From contig JAXGMM010000003.1 of NCBI GenBank assembly GCA_040768685.1, positions 129,824 through 193,823 on the forward strand: a stretch of DNA of 64,000 bases, read 5' to 3'. The translations under genes and the position numbers were made by a program. Shown one piece after another: positions 57,939 to 64,000 of the stretch. Below the pieces are notes generated by a model. That model had not been told where the DNA came from. It was given only the letters and a program-made list of their open reading frames with translations, and did no database searches. Numbering within the stretch: the first letter of the stretch is position 1; the number at the start of each line of letters is the position of its first letter. Source of the DNA: Anaerolineae bacterium (GTDB taxonomy: Bacteria; Chloroflexota; Anaerolineae; DRVO01).

Positions 57939-58811
57939 CTAGTCCCTAGCCATGTAACCTTGCGCCGGCCCGGTCAGCGCCCCGTAGGTATCTGGCCGCC
58001 GCCGGCTCATGGCATGATAGCGGTAGTCGGAGAGGCTCACCACTCCGAAGCAGCGCACCCAACGGCGCTGGTCCAGGTCTACGGAGGTCGCGGCCACTCC
58101 GGGAAGCCGCCCGGCCGACACCAGCGTCTCGCCGTCCTGGCCGATGACACCGCTGCGCCCCATGATCGTCCCCGGCATCCAGGGCTGATCACGACCGATG
58201 CCGAAGGTCACCGGCACCAGGTAGACGCCGCTGTCAATGGCCCGGCTGATAAGCTGCGCCATCCAGCCGATCTCGCCGTAGCCGCTCTGGACGTGCGGGA
58301 AGAAGATGATCTCCGCGCCTTTGACGGCGAGGGTGCGGGCCGTCTCCGGGAAGGAGTTGTCCAGGCAGGTCATGATGCCGATCCTGCCGAAATCAACGTC
58401 GAACACCGGCAACACATCGCCCGGAACGCACCCGGCATCCAGCTCGGGCTGGGTCAGGTGCACCTTGAAGTACTGCCCCACCAGGCTTCCGTCCCGATCG
58501 AGGATCACCGCCGTGTTGCGCCGCACCCCCTCCACCACACCGGCGACGGGCGCGATGACATACATGCGAAACCTGGCTGCCGCGTCGGCCAGGACATCGA
58601 TCACCGGACCGGGGACGTCCTCCCAGCTGTCCTCGAAGGGAGCACCGTAGGTGGAGAATGTCTCCGGCAGACAGGCGATGTCGCAGTCGCGCTCGCCCGC
58701 CTCCCGGAGATAGTCGAGGGCATGCTCCAGGTTGCTTGCCCGGACTGCCGCCGGGCAGTCACCCCCTGGCGGAGGCAGCTGAAGAGCGGCGATTCGGACG
58801 AGACGCGCCAT
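57939..58811 (-). CDS. carbon-nitrogen hydrolase (nitrilase-superfamily amidase)
   Basis: VRIAALQL (starts with the catalytic-triad Glu region CLPETF). Cys-containing MTCLD motif. 290 aa. Confidence 0.8.
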   Translation of the reverse strand: MARLVRIAALQLPPPGGDCPAAVRASNLEHALDYLREAGERDCDIACLPETFSTYGAPFEDSWEDVPGPVIDVLADAAARFRMYVIAPVAGVVEGVRRNTAVILDRDGSLVGQYFKVHLTQPELDAGCVPGDVLPVFDVDFGRIGIMTCLDNSFPETARTLAVKGAEIIFFPHVQSGYGEIGWMAQLISRAIDSGVYLVPVTFGIGRDQPWMPGTIMGRSGVIGQDGETLVSAGRLPGVAATSVDLDQRRWVRCFGVVSLSDYRYHAMSRRRPDTYGALTGPAQGYMARD

Positions 58812-58902
58812 TCAATGCCTCCCTAGAAGAGTCTACCCACACCGAAGTGTGGGTAGACGTCGCCGTTGTGCAAGAGCCGTAGCTGTTCAGAGAGCGGCGT
58901 GC

Positions 58903-60249
58903 TTAGGCCTGGTCGGCCCACCATTCGTCGAGAGCAGCCTGGATGCCGTCGTGAGCGGCCCGGGTCGCCGTCGCGGCGTCCATCGTCTCCTCGACGGAGA
59001 AGAAGGCGCTGACCGGGTCGCCGATCGCTGTGGCGACCTTGCCGGCAGCCGGGTGAGCGTTGACCGGCACCGCGAACTCCGCGGAGTCCAGGAAGGCATG
59101 GATGTTGGCCGGCTTCTTGTTAGGGTTCAGGAAGGCCTCGGTCTCGGCGATGCTCTTGCGGCCGGGCACCACGTGTCCCTCGGAGGCCGCCCAGGTGAGG
59201 AGTTCAGGGCCGGACGCCCACTTGATGAACTGCCAGGCTTCCTCTTTCTTGTCGCTGGTGTTGATGATGAACAGTTCCTCCGTCCACATGCCCGTACCGC
59301 GATGTTCGCCATCCTCCCAGACCAGAGCCGGCTGAGGCACGATGTCCCAGTCGAACTCCAGCTTGCGCGCCGGCTCTAGGAACCACGAGCCGCCGGCGTA
59401 GATGCCGATGCGCCCCGCCTCAAACATGGGCATCAGGCCCTGCTCCGAGGTAACGGTGGGCGGAGCGCCGATGCCGTCCTTGGCCCAGATGTCCTTCCAC
59501 ATCTGCAGCAGGTGCACGCGCATGTCACTGTAGAAGGTGGCCTGGCGGGCGTCCTCGCTCCAGAAGTTGCCGTTGATGTACAGGGCGGCGTAGTAGCTCC
59601 CCTGATCCAGCAGCGAGCCGTAGATGTTGTTGTCGGGATCGGAGATGGCCGAGCCGATGACCTTGAAGTCGTCCCAGGTCCAGTCGTCGGTGGGGTAGTC
59701 CACACCGGCCTCATCGAAGAGCTTCTTGTTGTAGTAGTGCAGCGTGACGGTGAAGCCCTGGGCCATAACCTGATGTTGGCCCTGCCACGTGGTGGCGCCG
59801 AGCAGCTTCTCGTAGTAGTCGTCGATCTGCACTTCGGCGGCGTCGCGCTCGATGAACTCGTCCAGAACCAGGAAGTTCTTATAGAACTGCTGCCACCCGG
59901 CGCCCTGCCAACCGCAGTCCGGTGGGGTGCCCCCAGCAATCGTCACGATTAGCTTCTCGTCTGGGTTAGTATTGTACATGGGCTCGATCTCAATGTCCGG
60001 GTTCTGCTCCATGTACGTGTTGATGATGTACTCGCCGTAGCGGGTCTTCTCAGGCGTGTACTGCGGCCACTCGAAGACCAGCTTGGTCTTGCCCGCAGGC
60101 GCTGGGGCAGGGGCTCCCTCCTCGGCCGGCTGGGCAGCCGGTGCGCTCGGTGCGCTCGGCGCGCACGACGCCAGCGCCGCGCTACCCAGGGTGGCAATGG
60201 TCAACCCACCAGTTAGCCGGAGCATGTTCCGTCTGGTCAGAGCACGCAT
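58903..60249 (-). CDS. ABC transporter substrate-binding lipoprotein (family 1) with Tat-like signal
   Basis: MRALTRRNMLRLTGGLTIATLGSAALASC, then an Ala/Pro-rich linker and an SBP_bac_1-type body. Confidence 0.8.
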   Translation of the reverse strand: MRALTRRNMLRLTGGLTIATLGSAALASCAPSAPSAPAAQPAEEGAPAPAPAGKTKLVFEWPQYTPEKTRYGEYIINTYMEQNPDIEIEPMYNTNPDEKLIVTIAGGTPPDCGWQGAGWQQFYKNFLVLDEFIERDAAEVQIDDYYEKLLGATTWQGQHQVMAQGFTVTLHYYNKKLFDEAGVDYPTDDWTWDDFKVIGSAISDPDNNIYGSLLDQGSYYAALYINGNFWSEDARQATFYSDMRVHLLQMWKDIWAKDGIGAPPTVTSEQGLMPMFEAGRIGIYAGGSWFLEPARKLEFDWDIVPQPALVWEDGEHRGTGMWTEELFIINTSDKKEEAWQFIKWASGPELLTWAASEGHVVPGRKSIAETEAFLNPNKKPANIHAFLDSAEFAVPVNAHPAAGKVATAIGDPVSAFFSVEETMDAATATRAAHDGIQAALDEWWADQA

Positions 60250-60309
60250 GTCGTTACCCTCCCTCCAAGTTGTGGGCCGTGGGCCCAGGTGATGCCGCGA
60301 CCGCCTCGG

Positions 60310-61221
60310 CTAGGCTTTCATGCCGGTCATGACGACGCCTTCGATGAAGTACCGCTGAGCGAGGAAGTAAACGATGATCGGTGGGATAGCGACCACTACC
60401 GTGGCCGCCATGAGGTAATTCCACTCCACGCTGAAGGGGCCCCGAAAACGGTAGAGTCCCACCGCCAGTGTCATCTTCTCCGCCGAGTGCAGGTAGATGA
60501 GGGGGCCGAAGAAGTCGTTCCAGTGTCCTACGAACTGGAACACGGCGATGGCGCCCAGGGCCGGCTTAGTCAACGGCAGCAGGATGCGCGAGAAGATGTG
60601 GAAGTTACTGCAGCCGTCGATCTTGGCGGCATCATCCAGCTCATAGGGCAGAGTCATGAAGAACTGGCGCAGCAGGAAGATGTTGAAGGCGCCGCCGCCA
60701 AAGAAGGATGGGATGATCAGCGGCCACAGGGTGTTGATCATCGCCAGCTCGCGGAAGATGATGTACACGGGGATGAGCGTCACCCAACCCGGCAGCATCA
60801 TCGTAGCCAGCACAATCACGAAGATGATGTCTCGGCCGGGGAAGCGAAGGCGAGCGAAGGAATAGGCCGCTAGCGCCGACGTGGAGATGGCGCCCACCAT
60901 GGAGAGCGTGGTCACCAGCACTGTGTTCTTAAGAAGCACCGGGAAGCCCATCACCCCCATTGCAATGCGGTAGTTCTCCCACACTGCCGGCCTGGGGATC
61001 CACTGGGGCGGGTACATGAACACCCCGCTCGAAGCCTTCAGGGATGTCGACAACATCCACACGAACGGCATCATGAAGATCACGCTCCCCACGAGGAGCA
61101 AGATCGAGTAGAAGACCGTGGGTACGACACCCAGACGATCCTGACCAAACCGCCTCCGCCGCCTGGTCACTAAACGGGCCTCACTGACCATGCTGCCGCC
61201 CCCATGTGTCGCGCCCGTCAC
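60310..61221 (-). CDS. carbohydrate ABC transporter permease (MalG-like)
   Basis: EAA loop DDAAKIDGCSNFHIFSRILLPLTKPAL. 6 TM. Confidence 0.8.
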   Translation of the reverse strand: MTGATHGGGSMVSEARLVTRRRRRFGQDRLGVVPTVFYSILLLVGSVIFMMPFVWMLSTSLKASSGVFMYPPQWIPRPAVWENYRIAMGVMGFPVLLKNTVLVTTLSMVGAISTSALAAYSFARLRFPGRDIIFVIVLATMMLPGWVTLIPVYIIFRELAMINTLWPLIIPSFFGGGAFNIFLLRQFFMTLPYELDDAAKIDGCSNFHIFSRILLPLTKPALGAIAVFQFVGHWNDFFGPLIYLHSAEKMTLAVGLYRFRGPFSVEWNYLMAATVVVAIPPIIVYFLAQRYFIEGVVMTGMKA

Positions 61222-61254
61222 TGTGCACCGTCATCGAGAACCCCTTGCCGCTGA

Positions 61255-62190
61255 TCACTTGCGCAGCGTCCCTTCATAGAAGACCCACATGGGCGACGAA
61301 CGCAGCACCAGCATGGTCAGCACCATGATGATCACGAATAGCACCCAGGCCATGGCCGAGGCGTAGCCCATCTCAAAGAACTGAAATGCGTTCTGGTAGA
61401 GATACAAGGCGTAGAAGAGAGTGGCGTTGTTGGGGCCGCCACTAGTAGCGATGAAGGCCTGCGCGAAGGTTTGCAGCGAACCGATCACCGCCATGACGAG
61501 GTTGAAGAAGATGGTGGGGCTCAGCATGGGCAAAGTAACGTTGAAGAAGCGTCCGAAGCTCCCCGCCCCGTCCATCTCCGCCGCCTCATAGAGGTGGACG
61601 GGGATGTTCTGCAGCCCGGCCAGGAAGATGATCATGGAGACGCCGATGCCCCACAGGCTCATGATGATCAGGCCGGGCAGCGCCCAGGTCTGGCTTTGGA
61701 ACCAGAGCGGACCCTCCAAGCCGACCATGCGCAGGAGGGAGTTCAGAAGGCCGTATGCCGGGCTGAAGACCCACATCCAGATCAGCGTCAGTGCCACGCC
61801 TCCCAGCAGCGAGGGCAGGTAGAAGGCGGTGCGATAAAAGCGGATGCCGGGCACCTTCTGGTTGAGCAGCAGCGCCACAAACAACGCCAGAATCATGCCC
61901 AGCGGCACCGAGGCGAACGCGTACTTGAAGGTGACCACTAGGGAGATGCCGAACTTCGGGTCTTTGCTGAAGAGCTCCCGGTAGTTGTCCAGGCCCACCC
62001 ATCTGGAGGCTTCCAGCAAGGAGTAGTCCGTGAAGCTGAAGTAGAACGAGGCAATCATCGGCCCGATGGTGAAGATGAGGAACCCCAGGATCCAGGGCGA
62101 GATGAACAGGTACCCGTCCAACTTCTCTCGCGTCGCGGCAGTCATGCCCCGGTGCGTGCGTGCCTGGGCAGCCATACTCACTGGCGACAA
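61255..62190 (-). CDS. carbohydrate ABC transporter permease (MalF-like)
   Basis: EAA loop EAAEMDGAGSFGRFFNVTLPMLSP. 6 TM. Confidence 0.8.
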   Translation of the reverse strand: MSPVSMAAQARTHRGMTAATREKLDGYLFISPWILGFLIFTIGPMIASFYFSFTDYSLLEASRWVGLDNYRELFSKDPKFGISLVVTFKYAFASVPLGMILALFVALLLNQKVPGIRFYRTAFYLPSLLGGVALTLIWMWVFSPAYGLLNSLLRMVGLEGPLWFQSQTWALPGLIIMSLWGIGVSMIIFLAGLQNIPVHLYEAAEMDGAGSFGRFFNVTLPMLSPTIFFNLVMAVIGSLQTFAQAFIATSGGPNNATLFYALYLYQNAFQFFEMGYASAMAWVLFVIIMVLTMLVLRSSPMWVFYEGTLRK

Positions 62191-62388
62191 CCCTCCAGAC
62201 TTGGCTTAGGACGCCGATAGCGACCTCACGGACCGCTGCCAGCATGGCGTCATCATAGCTCGGGGGCATCCACCACATCTGACACGATCCTGCCAGGAGG
62301 CTGCCACACTCAGTTGCGCCGCGAGTTGGGGCGCGGCTAACATCTCCTCATGGCGCCTCACCAGGCTACTGCTTAGGCATTCGCTGAG

Positions 62389-63567
62389 ATGATCGAGTCA
62401 GGCATCGATGCTGAGGGGGTCCGCTGGCTGCTGTCTCACCTCGATGACAGCAGTGCCCTGGCGGCAAGCCCCCTGCTCGGCCAGATATTGCCGCCGGCCG
62501 GCAACGATCCCTATGCCGGCGCGCACGCCGTCCGTACTCTCCTCCTGGACTGCATCGAGTCCCTGCGCCCGGCGCGCCGGCTTGGCCGCGGTAGCGACGA
62601 GGCGAGGGCCTACAACGCCCTTTGGCTGCGCTACGTCGAGGGGATGGGCGTGCTCCAAGTGGGTGAGGAACTCGCCCTCAGCGAGCGGCAGACGCATCGT
62701 GAGTTGCGCGCCGCGGAGGCCAGGCTCGCCGAGGTGCTCGCCGGCCGCCTTCAGGACGCTTCCGCTCCCGCCTCAGCGCGCGTATCGGTCGGTCTGAACG
62801 GCGACGCCGAGCTGACCCCCCGAACGGATGAGACGGACCTGCAGGCTCTGGCGAGGGACGCCGCCGGCACCATATCACGCCTGGCGGACCAAACCGGCGT
62901 GCGGGTCGGCCTAGAAACGGATAGGGCCCAAGGCACCGTCCTCGCGGATGCGGGCATACTCCGACAGTGGATCATTCAGGGACTCAGCATGGCGGTGCAG
63001 GCTGCGTCTAAGGGCGAGGTGCACCTGACGGCCGAGGCCGCGGCAGGAGCGGGAAGCGTCACCATCACGTTCGCGGCGGACTCGGCTCTAGGAGAGCACG
63101 AGGGGCTGACAGGGCTGGACCGCCTGGCATCGGCCCTCCGCGCCGATTTCTCCGTGTCCCACGAGGATGGCAATACAGCGTGCCTACACCTTGCCCTTCC
63201 CGCCCGCAGGGCGCGTTCCGTGCTCGTGATCGAGGACAGCGCTGCCGCGGTTGAGCTCTACCGGCGCTACCTGGAGCCGCTTGGGGACTGGACCGTCGTC
63301 GCTGCCGCTGATCCGCGGATGGGCTACGATCTGGCCCGCACCATCCGGCCGTCGGTCATCCTTCTGGACTTGCTCATACCCGGGACAGACGGCTGGACCA
63401 TCCTCAACCTGCTGCACGCGGGCGAGGACACAGCCGACATTCCGGTGATCGTCTGCTCCGTCTTCCATGATGCCCTTCTCGCCGAGGCACTGGGCGCCAA
63501 GGCGCACCTGCGGAAGCCCGTCTCCCAGACGGAACTGCTGGCGGCGCTCAACCGGTGGGCTCGCTAG
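62389..63567 (+). CDS. atypical hybrid regulator: sigma-70 region-4-like HTH + HATPase_c-like domain + C-terminal response-regulator receiver (no recognizable HisKA/DHp)
   Basis: HTH-like YNALWLRYVEGMGVLQVGEELALSERQTHRELRAAEARL. Central LRQWIIQGLSMAVQAASKGEVHLTAE...GSVTITFAADS resembles the HATPase N/G-box layout. C-terminal REC: VLVIEDSAAAVELY...ILLDLLIPGTDGW...IPVIVCS...LRKP. Confidence 0.55.
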   Translation: MIESGIDAEGVRWLLSHLDDSSALAASPLLGQILPPAGNDPYAGAHAVRTLLLDCIESLRPARRLGRGSDEARAYNALWLRYVEGMGVLQVGEELALSERQTHRELRAAEARLAEVLAGRLQDASAPASARVSVGLNGDAELTPRTDETDLQALARDAAGTISRLADQTGVRVGLETDRAQGTVLADAGILRQWIIQGLSMAVQAASKGEVHLTAEAAAGAGSVTITFAADSALGEHEGLTGLDRLASALRADFSVSHEDGNTACLHLALPARRARSVLVIEDSAAAVELYRRYLEPLGDWTVVAAADPRMGYDLARTIRPSVILLDLLIPGTDGWTILNLLHAGEDTADIPVIVCSVFHDALLAEALGAKAHLRKPVSQTELLAALNRWAR

Positions 63568-63994
63568 CCAGGTAGTCGCTCCGCACCCCAGTCAGGACTG
63601 CCTTCAGTATCGCCAGCACTTCGCCATCCTGCAGCCCGCTGCGCTTCTCAAGCCGTACCACGCGGCCGCGATCCGCCGACAACACCGCTGTAGCCCCGGT
63701 AACCGCCACAATCGGCACGTCGGCGAACTCGGGCATCGCCTTGATTCGGCGTGCGAGCGTGAGCCCGTCCATAGGCTGCATCACCATGTCCATGAAGGTC
63801 AGCGCTGGGCGCGCTGCGGCAAGCTTGGCGAGAGCCCCTTCGCTGTCGTACGCCCACTGCACCTCATGGCGGTTGCCGGCCGTCATCAGCATGCGTCGCA
63901 CCAGCTGCACGAAGCCGGGATCGTCGTCCACGACCAGGACCGTGCCGTCGCCTGCCAGCCGGTCGACGACGGCCAAGAGGTCTTCCGTCGCCAC
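63548..63994 (-). CDS. single-domain response regulator (REC); N-terminus within 6 nt of window end, may be incomplete
   Basis: VLVVDDDPGFVQLVRRML...FMDMVMQPMDGLTLARRIKA...PIVAVTG is a canonical receiver domain. Converges on and overlaps the hybrid regulator 3' end by 20 nt. Confidence 0.6.
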   Translation of the reverse strand: MATEDLLAVVDRLAGDGTVLVVDDDPGFVQLVRRMLMTAGNRHEVQWAYDSEGALAKLAAARPALTFMDMVMQPMDGLTLARRIKAMPEFADVPIVAVTGATAVLSADRGRVVRLEKRSGLQDGEVLAILKAVLTGVRSDYLASEPTG

Positions 63995-64000
63995 CGGCTT

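Overview
This window is a high-GC (about 65-70%) bacterial chromosomal segment that is densely coding on both strands and shows no transposase, integrase, phage or CRISPR signal. It reads as core and accessory metabolism rather than a mobile island. All protein-family assignments below are from motifs read by eye in the supplied ORF translations; no database search was run.

Coding content, in order:
- Housekeeping genes: a 5'-truncated ABC-F ATPase, coaE, def, RNase J, rsmA/ksgA, a pyruvate:ferredoxin oxidoreductase and aspartase.
- A methionine cluster with metX-metW and a separate homocysteine S-methyltransferase.
- An Fpg/Nei-family DNA glycosylase.
- Two sugar-type ABC uptake systems flanking a C-N hydrolase, a class-III aminotransferase and two amidohydrolase-2 genes.
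- A GH38 alpha-mannosidase.
- A secreted beta-propeller-GH5 fusion protein.
- A seven-gene plus-strand operon: ADP-ribosylglycohydrolase-family protein, ribokinase, TIM-barrel sugar phosphate isomerase, VOC protein, URO-D-like protein and Gfo/Idh/MocA oxidoreductase.
- Sugar kinases with MFS transporters.
- A cohesin-domain surface protein with a Thr/Pro linker.
- An atypical HTH-HATPase-REC hybrid regulator.

RNA genes and regulatory features:
- A tRNA-Ser(GGA).
- An SRP RNA (ffs) carrying the conserved GUCAGGUCCGGAAGGAAGCAGC motif.
- A stand-alone, purine-rich, GNRA-hairpin-rich candidate structured ncRNA at 11140-11545 (about 400 nt) with its own promoter and 3' hairpin. Its best guess is RNase P RNA, unconfirmed. 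I consider it the most interesting unexplained element.

Other observations worth a second look:
- A promoter plus terminator-like leader in front of metX.
- A catalytic Pro2-to-Ala change in the Fpg/Nei protein.
- An M1-peptidase-like lipoprotein lacking the HEXXH histidines.
- A frameshifted, internally deleted URO-D-like pseudogene.
- An MTHFR_C/MetV-like zinc-ribbon protein next to the PFOR gene.
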